Of a stretch of DNA of 64,000 bases, positions 1-12,997 are shown piece after piece. Position 1 is the stretch's first letter. Each line of letters starts with the position of its first letter. The position numbers and the translations under genes are program-made. The notes beneath the pieces were generated by a model that saw only the letters and a list, made by a program, of their open reading frames with translations, was not told where the DNA came from and made no database searches. Source of the stretch: Balanoglossus misakiensis (lineage: Eukaryota > Animalia > Hemichordata); contig CM082595.2 in assembly GCA_040954595.2 (NCBI GenBank), forward strand, positions 1,986,635 to 2,050,634. Direction: 5' to 3'.

Positions 1-513
1 AGATTTGACCATTTGTTTGTGAAAGGGAAAGAGACATACAATGAGATTCTGAAATCCTTTTAAAGCATGCTTTGTTACACACTTTGACGTCATAAGACTT
101 TGAAAGAAGTCTGTCCCTCTGTGTACCTTTCCTATCTTTGTCCGCATCTGCATAATGACAATATCGTCTTGCTCCCGAAATAGATCTTTGCTCTGCGTTC
201 CTATTGAGGAATTTGACGTCATCTATTGTGTCGTAGTTGTAAAATGAAACTTCTATTTCATGGCGCATTCTTTGATTGATCATCAGATGTATCACGCCAT
301 TTTGCTTGTAGTTATAACTGTCCATAGTTTCGCCAATGTACATTTCTGTTTTGCAACAAAATGTGAAATCCCAGACAATTTCAGATACTTGAAGATAGCC
401 TCGGTTATACAGCCAGATTGAAGGGGACATTCAGTCCATCTGATTGTGTTTATGACTCTCTGAGGTTAATTGTTATCACTAATGTTTCCTTTTACTGTTT
501 TTTTTATTGGTAG

Positions 514-3500
514 GGTTCTTACTGGGCCATAGATAATAATCCACCTGAAGATCCACTGCCACCAAGAAATAAACCAAAAAGACCGAGGAGACCAAGTGAA
601 AGGGTAAGTATGAAAAAAAAAGAATTCCTTTTGCCAATGTATGTGTAAGTAACCATTGGCGAATCCAGAAGAAACTGTTCTGGTCGTGGTCAAGATTCTC
701 CAAGACCCCAACAATTACCATGTGCTGCTAATGTAATAATGTTAACATGGGTAGTGTACTATGCATCTGCAATGTACAGTACAGTACAATGGATTGCTGT
801 TTAGACTGAGAAATGAATCTGAGAAATTTCAGCCGCAATCATAAACCGTTCCAGCTTAAAACCAGATAGGATGTTGTCTAATGCCGGGCTTTGCATAGTT
901 GCATCATAACACCCTTGATTAGAAAACGTCGTCCCAGTAGAATTAAACTGGAATGCCAGATAAAGAACTTTGTGTGCAAGTAATCTCAACAAATGATGAA
1001 AGCAAGACAGTAGCTTTGTATGAACTATTTGAGGTAATAAATATATAGCCATGATCTTTGTCAACGTATCAATCATGCAACTTGGAAATTAACGTGGATG
1101 TCTTATCTCGCCATCGGATTTCAATGATACACAGGAGATTAGTATGAACAAATGTGCTTTGTCCTTTTATTGGCTGGTATAAGTCAAGGAAATTTTTTAT
1201 TGTAATTCCTTTGGTTGGAAGATGGGTAATTATCAGACAGAATAGTGTATGTACTAAACGTGCACAAATTCTGGTGAGTCTCAGGAACTTTATAGATTGG
1301 GCTCGGTTGGTCGTAGGCATACTCAAACATACCTGCACTGATTTCATGCTAAATTTGTACTTACGAAACTGACTGCACTGTTCTGTACACACTTTTCTGT
1401 CCATCGCAATCATCAGATTTTCTCAACTTTTCATGAACATAAAGGTCCTTAGGTTAATGGGTACTGTGCTTCCGTAGGAAGATTATACAGTGATTGCCAT
1501 AACAATTAATTCCATAAAACTATTTTTATTTCTCCAGGATGCTTTGCCACCTCAAGCGTAAAACCTCTAGAGGTTTCTCCCACATTAAATTCATATCTGT
1601 GATATTTAGGTGCCTTTGGTGGGAATATTTTCAAAGTGCAAAATTCTGTCTATTAAAGGCCGACGATCATCTTATGTGCATGTGTAATTTCGTGTGTTTA
1701 AACATTACATCCAATCAAAATGTTCTGCAATGTTTCCATATTTTAAATTATTGATGAGCTTCTGAATCAAAAAAATTGTCTGTTCATATATATGTGTTAG
1801 CATTGAACGCAGATTGAATAAAAAGGGAAATCCAGAATCGATTGAATTATGAAAATCTTAGAAATAATCCTGAATTTGTCTGATGTAAACGTCTAGTTTC
1901 TTTTTTTCATCTCTGTCAGATTTCAGAGTTAATTTCAGACCAGGTAAAAAAAATCAAAGCTGAAAATGAAATTAATGGAATGGTGGGCAATGGTATGGCT
2001 GGGGAGATGGGCAATTATAGTTGAATCAATGCACCATATGGGGTCAGCTACCACAAAGACGAAATGTGGCAAGATAAAATTTAATTGGAAAATGAAAACC
2101 CTGGAAAATGATACAGTGCAATGGGGTCAGATTTTCTGTTGCAATCACACTTTCAGAGGAAAATGAGACGATGAACAGGGCAAGTCAGTGGTCAACAGAA
2201 AAATGAAATATGTCAGAATGAAGCCATCAAAAATCTGAAATGGGTTATTTTCTGTGTTCGTTATTACACTTTTGGTTTCAACTGTGGAAGAGGGGTCAGT
2301 TTTGAGATCAGCTGAGCCAAGAAATGATAGTTTTGTCTCAATTGACTTTTCCACAGTTTGGAATTCTGTATTGGTGGTGTGTTTCTATCAGATTGTCAAG
2401 AGAAATGTACGATCACGTTTTACTTTTCAGTTCTAAGACTTAAAGTACCTAAAAGTTTCATCCTCACTGCATATACTGCTGCAGGGGTCGAGCTAGGATT
2501 TCAAAGTTGTTCTCCATCTCTCAGTCTGAAAATATTTTATAGGATTTGATGAAAGCATTTGAAGAAGAAGTTTTCCGTCTGCCCTTTAAGAATTAAAAAA
2601 AAAAAAAGATAACTTTTCTGAACATGAAAACCATATGGACTCTCCATTAAACGAGGTTTCCAAATCTGAAATTTTGAAATTAAAATGAGAGTCTAGCGTA
2701 TGGCCAGCATTGTGGCAGTTGATGATCATCTAGATACAAGTTATTATTGCAGTGTCACTAGATTTTGAAAATGTGGGATGAAAAATGGACGAAGTAGAAT
2801 CATATGGTGGGGATGGAGATTTGATTTTATACAACAAGATGTGAGCACATTGCATAACACTATCTGCAATAGTGATGTGTTTCCAGATTTCATACTTGCT
2901 TGTGTAGACTTGGCTAGAAATGTAGGATCCTCGCAAATTTAAAAAAAAACTTCAGTCTTATGAACATGTGGCATGCTGTGATTGACAGTGCAATAACAAT
3001 TCTAATTTTCCAAGTGAAAATGGAAAATGCAATATGAAATAATTGGAAACTCAAGACCAGACTATTAAAGGTTTCCTTCCGTTTTGTTATAAAATTATGA
3101 ACCCAAAATTGCTCATTTCCTGCAAGAATTCCACTCTGCATGACAATCAAATTACCTTCATTTTGTAGAGATTTATTGGAATTTTGATAGCGCTTATAAG
3201 AAATTTCTGTAAGTGGGTGATAACCAGTGAAAATGATTATTGAAATTTGAGATGAGAGTTACAATTTGGTCGAAGGATTTATCTTGGGGTAGTATGTATT
3301 GGTAATTGTTAATTCGAAACCGTGGCGGATACACCAAACTTATGATTGAAACTTTATTGAGAATGATTAGTAGAAGTTTTTTCTTGAAATGATGAAAGCC
3401 AAATGAAATTTCACCAAATTGTCCTGACAAATTTGATTTCTTTTTACACTCTGTTACTTAATAGTCATCAGAGCTTATTCGCTGCGAATTATCTGCAACT

Positions 3501-6500
3501 TTTATGAACTTTAGAGTCGTTAAAATCCGTTCTAATGTTTAATATGAATTCAGTCATCCGTGACGGATTTCAGGTGATCATGAAGCTCATCATTTAACAA
3601 TGAAATTACCAGTGCTACTCCATTTTAAGAGCAAATCAAATAATTTGCTGGCATGCTGGTCAGAATGATGCGGTGTGCCGATGAGAGATCAATATTTTTC
3701 CCGCTGGGAGGCATGTTCACATAAGATTGAATATTGCCTGTATGGTGTACCTTTGTCACATTGGAGTCAAAAAGTTTTTCATGTTGTGTTTGCAAAAGCA
3801 GTGCGTGATATATTACTGTCAGAGTCTTCCCATCACCTTGCTAAAAAACTAGACATCATCTAAAATGAAAACTTTACAGCACCACCACTTGTAGGGGCAG
3901 CTATACAAACTCACATGAGCTTTAAAAACTTTGAGCTGGGAACGAGAAACTGATCTGTTGTAACTTATACAGAAAGTCAGGAAGTCTACTCTTTTTGCCC
4001 AAGGGTAGCTGATTAGCAGGGAAAGCTAGGAAGGTCATAGATCAACTATCTGGAAAACTGCAACCCAAAGGAATTTGGCGAACTCATTTCCATCGGAGAG
4101 TGCTGTAAAGTTATCTGGCTACATGCATTTCCCACCTTCAATATTAAGAAATGTGTAAACGTGTATCAAGACACCCAGGGAGAGAACCCCACTTTTCATT
4201 ACATTGTATTCCCTGCAGCACAAAATTGTCTGAAACTGTATCCGTTTGAAATTAAGACGCGAAATTGCGAAGGTCGCAGTTCATTGAACATTGGCTGATT
4301 GCGGCGAAATTGAGCACTATAATTTAATTAGGCTGCAAAGCGATTTCCGTTAAGTGTTACTTTTAACAGCGAGTCTTGGCTGGTTTTCGTAACGAGGTGC
4401 CTTGCGAGCTTGCCTAGCTTTTGCCGAAGTGAAATTAAATTTGTAAGATTAATGGCATTCCCATTACCGCGGAAAAAATCGCAATATGAGCCTTATTAAT
4501 TTTTGATGAGCCCATGACACAATATGAAATGACTTTTGGGTAGGATAATGAAAATGAATGGTAGGCATCTCTAAAGTAGAGTGTAAATCTCTCCTTCGCG
4601 TCCGGGATGATTTCAAAGTACGTGAGCTGGGATTTTTGTGTCCGCAGGCTACTTTCGTACATCAAACATTTCTCAAAATGTACGCTCTCTGAAAATAGCA
4701 AACTTTTTAGCTGACCGATGAGTAATAAATATTCATATGCCTAGCTCTGAGGGGAATATAGCTTTTATGCCGGGAACATTAACGGAACAGATTGATATTT
4801 TTTGTGAACTGCAGCACCTCCGAATATCTCTGTGCGTGTGTCTTTATTGTCGTCTTCTTTTCCAGTCTTAGTAGCCATGTTGCACTGTTCGTGCTTGCCT
4901 CGTTGCATCACATTGAAGTACTACTCTCGAACCCATACTTGGGAGCTAGACAAAGCCTTACATATCTTATGTAGGGTTTATCTCATTGAAAATGACTTGC
5001 TTTTAGTAATTTTACATAAAGAACTTTATTCAGTGATGGACGTCTGAAAAACTGGTTAGGGAATGTTTGAAATGTGTAGATTTTTCTACGTACAATAATT
5101 TTTGATGTACGATCGGATATTTGACTTGAAGAAATTTTTGTTAGCAAGCCGCAACGGAATACACTTGTTGTCACTGATATGGGGAATAGACATGAAGCAT
5201 GACTCATTCTGATAACGGGGACTAATGAAGCTAATCCAATCGGTTTCCGTTCTGGAAAGTTATCATGAATATGTGATGAATATCAAATTGCCGTAGTCTG
5301 AATTGCACTCCAGAGGGCGATATTTCCAATCAGGTCATCAGAGTTAGCCTCCATGAAAAATTGAAGTTACAACTATCTTTATAGTGTCATCTTCTTGACC
5401 GTAAATCAATAGCTTGTCAGTTATTATAAGAGTTTGGGGAAATGCTTCAGCCATTTCTCTTATCAATTTGGGAGAAGCCCGCTGTCTTTATGCAACTTTA
5501 TGTATTTGAAAGATTAGTTCCGCTGTCTTGCTTAGAGCCCATGTGGTCATATGTCACTGCCCACTACTTGTGTGTGCGGTTCAAGAGAGTAGATAATTTA
5601 GCTTTGCCTAAAATGTTATCACAAACAACGTGATTGTGCATTGTAATGCAATTGATCTTTCAAACATGTCTTTTTGTCAAATGGTACAAGTCTGAAAGGG
5701 GGAAGCCATCTTAGAGTACATTTCACAGTACGATAGGTAACATGCATTCACTTCTAAGACAGATTTTGTAAAGTAGCAGAGAAATGGTTTGGATGATAGG
5801 GACACCGTAGCTGACAAGGTTTCACTGAATGTTCAATTGTTTCACTGACTGAATGTCCAATATTGTCTGTCTACGAGCTTAGAAGAGCTTGAGTACAGTT
5901 CACCAGGCACAGCTTTTCATACCGATGTCACTGTTGAACCCTGGTCTCCCCTGAATAAAAGACAATCCTTGCCCAATAGGTTTCACTTTTCCTTCAGTAA
6001 GAACAGTGATGTCCAAGTATTGGTTAAGATTTGCTGGACTTAAAAATATTTCAGAACATTGTTACAAAAAAGCAAACGGTGTAATCAAAACTGAAATGAG
6101 GCTTGGTACATACAAATGTAATATCAGTTGAGTATTCCCAGTATAGGATATCCCAAGGCATTACTTTTTATTCCGTGGCTCCGATAACCACAGCAGAAAA
6201 CGATCAATTTAATGTAATTGCACACTCGAGTGAAATAGTATTTTCTCGTTGATAACGTTCGTATCATTAATCATGGTACATGGGGATTGACGCTTGGTAG
6301 ATGTACCTCATAGTTGTCTTGTAAATTTCGATGGTCTTTAAAAATTCAATTCTTAAGAGAGGAGACATAACAATCATTTTAATTCATATACACCTACATT
6401 GAGCAATAAGTTTATCCTGTGAATTCCCTGAGTTGCTTTACTTGCACACACAGAGGCTGTAATGGCTAATCTGGTTTTACATGAGTTTGTTACAAAGACT

Positions 6501-8704
6501 CTAGAGACCTTACTTGAACCTTTGAAATCCATCCAAGAAAAATGTTTTAATGTTGTTCTTTTTCTTTTCTTTCTAGTCACCGTACAGCCCGGAGAGTAAT
6601 CTTCATGAGAGTACGAACAGTGTGGCCAGTATCACATTTGCCCAATTAAATGCAGTAAGTCCTTTATTGATTGGTTCTGATTAATCACAATTTCTTCTAT
6701 GCCCTCATCTTGTACTGATGCCTGAGTCTGCGTCATTCAGTGACACCTGAAAAGCTGATGCAAAATTGGACCAAATTCAGTAGACTGGTTTTGTTTTCAA
6801 GCCGCAAGAACTGTTTAGATAATGGTCCCGCAAAGTTGTGATGGTACCATGTCAATTAATCGATACACATTGCATATTGAATGATCATTGACAAACACCA
6901 TTATACATGTATTTCCAATGTGACCGTGCCAAATACTAAGTATGACTATTAGTTTGGTTGAATTATCACCAAGCGTTGAATTTTCATAATCCTCACTTTT
7001 TTTTATTTGCAAATAGTCTGGAGTAGGCATCCACGCTGATGTTGCTTCAAAGTTATTTGAATCCAACCCGAATTTCGATGACTTGAGTGCCTCGTTCCGA
7101 AGTCTCTACAAACAAGTATTTGAATCATCACATGGTAAGTTGTCAATGTTGTTATCTGGGAAACAGTCGTAATGAAAAATCATGGTTATTTTGCTGAACA
7201 TTTCAAGTCATGGACATTATCGCTAACCTGATCGTCTCTTTTGAAATCCAGGTGGCAATCTCCAGCAACACACACAGCAACAACAACAACAGCACAGACA
7301 ACAGATGCAACAAGTTCGACACATGCAGAGCGATTCTGCCTACAGTTCAGCCACCACAAGTAATCTGGGAGGGTCAACTAATAGTCTTCAGACAAGTAAC
7401 AACAACCACATGTCATTAAATTCAGGTAAAATATTCATGTCACATATCACACCCTTTTACTCTTCACATACTGATGTAGTCAATTAATCCACTTTTGCCA
7501 TTTTTTGAAGACTGCAGACAGACTCTAAGCCTGAGTTGCAAAATGAGTTGGGTGATATATAGAACAAAATCAAATGATAATCAAAATATGTTCTGTTTCT
7601 ACAGCAGGCAATACCATCAACCTGGGGATGTCAACAGACTGGTTGCAGAACCTTGATCAATTGAAAGAGAGTGTTAGGATAGCCGGCAGTTGTAATTTTT
7701 CAGATATTGATATGTCACAATTTCAAGGTAAGTTATTTTGTACTTTTCTTGGAATTAAGGCATTTTGCAACTTATATCAACATGAGTTAATTGATTAATA
7801 AGAGAGAGAGAGAGACAGAGAGAGAGAGAGAGACTAATGTGTTTTTGTCTCTTCTTTTGGAAGGTCTAATGGAAAGCATGAAGCAAGCAGATCTGAAAAA
7901 CTGGTCACTGGATCCTGAACAGTTTGCAGATCTGGCCAATTCTCTGAGTCAGTTCTTCACACAAGCAGGCATTCTTGGGAATACAGCCGATGCTTTGAAG
8001 ACAAGTCAGTCTTCTGTGGCAGGTACTTCTGAAGGTAGTATCTGACTTTATACAAGACAATGTAATCGTATACATGTCAGTGGAAGGCTGGCTCCTTGCT
8101 GTAACGGTTGTACATGCTTTTGGGGAAATATTGGAAGAGATTTCTGATATTGCATGTTTGCAGCATGTGTACGACACTTATAACTTGGAGCCTTTATCTG
8201 CTGAATTCTACATGTTAATCACACTTGTGTTTTGTCTTGTGTAGTGTCAATACCTGTCCTCTTGTTGACTTCTTTGAAAGACTTTTGGCTATTTTCTCTG
8301 TACTTTTGTTTGGGTATCAACTTTGTTGTTTTGTTGTTGTTTGTAACGTTGTGACCTTCAGGTTTTGCGAGAGGTGGAATTGATCTTTACTTTCTGTGAG
8401 TTATGTTTTTTAGAGGGCACAGTGATGGTGACATTACCAGTGTTTCTGTTGTTACAATTTGAAAGTAACCATGGTTATTTATGTCTTTTCTGTAGGTGGT
8501 ACAAGCAGTGTGTATAATAGCAGTGAACACAGCAGTGCATCGGTCATGGGCAATTCTAGTCACCTTGGCTACAGTGCAGGTTCCACAGTACAAATTAGTC
8601 CACAACAAACCATGCAGATGCCGTTACAGAGTACTCAAGCATCAACCTCACAGCTTGGAAATAGTGACGACTACGAAGATTTTGACTGGGATAAACTTCT
8701 TTAA
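514..8704 (+). CDS. FOXJ2/3: Forkhead box J2/3 transcription factor, 3' part (5' exons lie left of the window)
   Basis: GT-AG exons in consistent phase: 514-603 ([30 protein letters not shown], end of forkhead domain), 6577-6654, 7017-7134 ([18 protein letters not shown]), 7252-7425, 7605/7608-7727 ([24 protein letters not shown]), 7864-8022/8034 ([24 protein letters not shown]), 8496-8704 (DFDWDKLL*). These blocks match vertebrate FOXJ3/FOXJ2 as recalled. Confidence 0.95.
7799..7833. repeat. (AG)n microsatellite in a FoxJ2/3 intron
   Basis: Run agagagagag...gacagagagag seen directly. Confidence 0.9.
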
Positions 8705-10598
8705 ATATTTCTAAACGTAAATTTTAAGATTGAATTTATTTGTCTTGGGAGATGTTCTGAGTTGCGAATTCTTTGAGCTTGACGTGTTTGACATTTGACA
8801 AAAACAATTCTTTCACTCTCCATTAGTGGAGACAATCCAGTTTCCATGATAACTGGGTTATCTCATTATCTTTATGGGGAGTGAAGGGGAAACATAACAG
8901 GGTGAAACATGTCAAGTACAAAGCAAGAGGAATTTCTCCAAGCCACATTCCATATTTTAATCACACTCTACGACTATGTCTTTGTTACGTCAATCTCTTC
9001 CTGCCTCAGAGTATTTAAAAAGATAAAAATTCAATAAAATTGAATGTTTTTTTGTAGTCATATGGATTACAGCATGGATGGTTGTTACAAAATATTACAA
9101 AAGCTTGTCTCTAAGTTGTTTGAAAGATCACATTTGTAAGTTTTCCTTACAGATTACATTTTATTTTGTATCAACCATCCATCCTAGATTGTGCATGATG
9201 AGCTCTCAAAGCACAATCTGTATTTTTAAATAGATTCAAAGCTGTTACAAATCATGTAATGTAAGTGATATTCACCTTAAAATTAATTGTGCTTTATCTT
9301 GTGTACTGAATTTTTATCTAGAAGTTTTGTATTGTAAGTATATCAGAAATGTGTGAGTTAAAGAAAACTATTTTACAAATAGATTTACGGTATAATGTTT
9401 GCTGTCTTTGAACCAGATATTTGATGGTTTCAGGTTGTGGGTCCGTCATGAACTTGCATGATGTCAGTGGCACAAGTCGAATTTACAAGTCAAATTTAGA
9501 TCTAAGCTCTGCCATTCCAGATACATTATCAATATCTTTGAAGATTGGTGTGAGTTTCAACTTGTGATTGGTGATATAAACAATACACAACTGCAGTCTT
9601 TTTACTGTGTGTGGTATGATCTGCAATAGACATTTATTATAGTGTGGAATATGTATGGGTTTCTTGCAATTAGACTTTGTCAGTCAGAGAAGCATTCTCA
9701 TAATGCATGTAGTCAGTCATGCCAATTATACCAAGATAATTACTTGTGGCCCTGCAAGATGTATAATACCAAGATTATTACTTGTGGCCCTGTAAGATGT
9801 ATATTTTCTTTTTATCATCATGTGCCATGGCAAACTGTGAAAATTCTTCTTAACATAGTTCACTGCCCAGGCTTGGTTTTAATAGGGTTATTGTAAATAG
9901 AATAAAGTTTTGGGATTGTTTAGAGAGATGATCTATTATTTTTGTGCTGTATTAGTTTCTGCTACATTGGAAATTTTGATGCAGGTTTTGTTTCCTGCTT
10001 TATTGCTGCAAAAGAGTTTGCCTGGAATGGATACATTAACTTGAAAAGAGTATTTGCATGTTCATGCAGCTGATGAGCCGTGTTCTGTGATTGGTTGGCT
10101 GTTTGAGATAACAATTGTCAATGAAAGAGTCGGCCAATCAGGGACAGTTTTATTTCAAGCTCAAGTTCATGCGTGTGTTTTGCTAATCTTATATCCCTCT
10201 TTGAATATCATGGTAAAATTTTGCCAGTCTGTAAGACACGCAAAGACAGTATTCAGGAAATATATAGTTTATACTGTTTGGAAAAAAATATAACGGAAGT
10301 TTCTGCAATGTCACAATAAGTACCCCTTTTTTGAAATATAAAAAAATAAGTTGTTTATAGTCATTTATTTTGTTGTGTGTATTAAATTTACAGAGTTATG
10401 TACTTAGAAGTATTTATTTTCATCAGTTGTGTAAGTGTTGTACAATTTAGGCTGCCGTCAAGATAGTACCATCAAAAAATAATCCTTCTCATGATACATG
10501 AAATTATAGTTATCAAATTGGCAAAGTACAAACTGAGTCTACATCACCATACAGCCTACACTGTTTTAGTGTAGTTACACTGAGCAAAGTTGATGAAT

Positions 10599-10692
10599 TT
10601 AACCCTTTCACCCCCAGTTGCCTGTTTAGAGGCCCAGTCTTACCATAGAAAACAATGGGATTGGACTGAACCATTGGTGGTGAAAGGGTTAA
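10599..10692. mobile_element. ~90-bp MITE with TTAA ends (piggyBac-like), best-preserved copy
   Basis: TTAA-CCCTTTCACC ... GGTGAAAGGG-TTAA terminal inverted repeat; several related copies elsewhere in the window. Confidence 0.8.
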
Positions 10693-11397
10693 CATGCATC
10701 ATGAGAAGGATCCCATAGATGTAGCTGACTCAAGGCAACATGTGGCTTGTCTTCCAGTTGACAGTTTTGTAAATTTGTCTGTTGTGATAGCTTCTTTCAA
10801 TCCTTGTACAGAATAAGACGCATGGAATACATCCGTCCATGTCATTTGGTGTAAATGAAAAAGATGACATCTTTGTCTCTTCTTAACTTGTGTTCTTGAG
10901 ATTTGGAACATATTCAGAGGTATAAACATAACAAAAAGGGCAATAGTTCAAATGAAATGGACATTTACAGTGTTGACAACATATACTATTATATTTGATT
11001 CTTTCACACATGCGTTGATTATGTTACTGATAACTGTACTGAAATGAAAAAAAAGCTATTGCAACAGACTAAATTGAGGATGGTACTATCGCTTGATGTT
11101 GGGAAAAGCTTGCACACATTGTTTGCTATAGCTTAGAATCCTTGTATCCGTTAGGAAAATGTTTATGTTATACATATTCATTGGTTTTGGAAATAGTCTC
11201 TAACTGTGCTGTCATACAGATTTGTTAGCCTGGTATTGCAGTCAACATTTGGGAAACTGTTTGTCAGCATTAACTTGTAACATCCATTGTTAAGTGTACA
11301 GTCATCTTGTGCTTCATTGCCCAGTTAACATACATTTGTTTATTTGTTTGTTTGGTTGTTTACAAAACATTTCACTGCAAGGATGGCAGTAGCCTCA

Positions 11398-11572
11398 GAT
11401 TAAAATCAGCTGTAGATGTGTAGGCTCCGTGTTTACCTTTGCTAGGTCTTTGCTGTTCAAGTCTGCACAGAATGTTGCAGCAGTTTGTCACATGACCTGA
11501 GTATGTAGAAAGGACAACAGCAAAAAAAACATGAAAGTAAAGACGCAACCATCTTGACAGCTGATTTTAATC
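11398..11572. mobile_element. MITE-like segment with a 16-bp perfect inverted repeat
   Basis: gattaaaatcagctgt (11398-11413) and acagctgattttaatc (11557-11572). Confidence 0.5.
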
Positions 11573-12325
11573 AAATTAAGAAGTTCCCAACTTATAAAGA
11601 AAGAAATGACACACAGTACAAATAAAACAAGGCACTTGGTGACTTACCAATAAATATAGTGGAATTTAATTTAGGCAAAATTAATATATTCGCATATTAT
11701 CGTTTATGGCAAGATCGACTTCCATATTAAGAAATTGTGACTTCCTTAATTGCCTGACATGTCAAAATTGCTCTGGCTTTTCTGGTTGATACAGACTGCT
11801 GAGGGATCATGACGTACCTTTTTGCATGAATATTTATTTTGTGCTGTTATTGTGAAACTGACTGTTCCCAGCGGTGTCATGATTTTTTACAGGATTATTT
11901 TCCCCAAGTAGCTTTTCCTTCAAGTTGGAATTTTTGGCTAGTGACCCACGAAGTCAGTTAAAAATATGTACCCCTTTTGCCAAATGTATATGTTTACGTT
12001 TGTAATATTATTAATGGCAAAACCATTGATATTTTAAAATTTGTCTGAAACAGTCAAGGCTTTCAGATAATAACCACGGCCGAATGCTTACACCTAATTT
12101 TGCATTGATCATTTACATGACATGTACAATCAATAATTCATTCACAAGATAATTATCTAAGAGGCTACTACCATAATTTATTTCATGTTTCATGTATATC
12201 TTCCTTATGTATTTTTAAATGGTGTCAACTTTTTTGAACATGTTGGATGATGTCATTCTGGAATTTGGGGGTGATACAGAGGGTAATTTCTGTATAGAGA
12301 TCCTTTGTAGTAAAAACATTATGTC

Positions 12326-12732
12326 TCTATCTGTACTTTACACTGTAAATAAATGCACAAAAAATGTTTTCTATACTTAAAAAAAGTGTCCAGAATTTTG
12401 TGTTGGAAGGTCCCATGTAGGACGTTCATTACCCCTCCCCATTATTTCACCATGTTTTCACTTTAACTACCGTCCAAATCACATGCTTGCAAGCATTCAT
12501 GCTGATAGAACTGCTGAAGATTGCCCTCACACCTTTCGGATCAGCTTTTGAAAGTAGACTCCTTCCTTGCTTAATGACACTACACTCTTCTGTGTGGCTG
12601 GATATTTGCCCCTATCTCTACTTTACACTGGAAATAAATACACAAAATGTTTTCTATATTTAAAAGTGCCAAGAATTTTCTGTTGAAAGGTCCCGTAGAC
12701 ATCTATTAACCCCCCCCCCCCCCCCCCCCCCC
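12326..12732 (+). repeat. Two diverged direct copies (~110 bp), each with AATAAA and a downstream U/GU-rich stretch
   Basis: ctatctgtactttacactgtaaataaatgcacaaaaaatgttttctata... (~12326-12440) versus ctatctctactttacactggaaataaatacacaaaatgttttctata... (~12611-12732). Confidence 0.75.
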
Positions 12733-12997
12733 GTGTGGAGGGACTGTTCCCTAGTTTCGTTTCTTGCCTTATGGGGGCGCTGCCTTACTCGTCTTTTGTA
12801 GTCCCACTTTCGATAATATAAAAGTTTTCCTTTCTTTTCTCTTCAGTGTTTATAATTATTATATCTGTTAAAAATTACTCATATTTCACGTTTATATGAT
12901 TTTATAATAACCCTCCGTGTTTGAATTTCCATTTCTAAGCGTCAGAAAAATTATTATTCTCTATTTGTAATGACGTTCTAGAAATGTTCAGTTCAAA

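Noticed and set aside
604-6576. Short ORFs in the 6-kb FoxJ2/3 intron
   Set aside because: There are no recognisable domains, and exons 514-603 and 6577-6654 already join in frame as in FOXJ3. They are probably decayed repeats.
9728-9805. 39-bp tandem duplication downstream of FoxJ2/3
   Set aside because: Two copies only, consistent with ordinary slippage.
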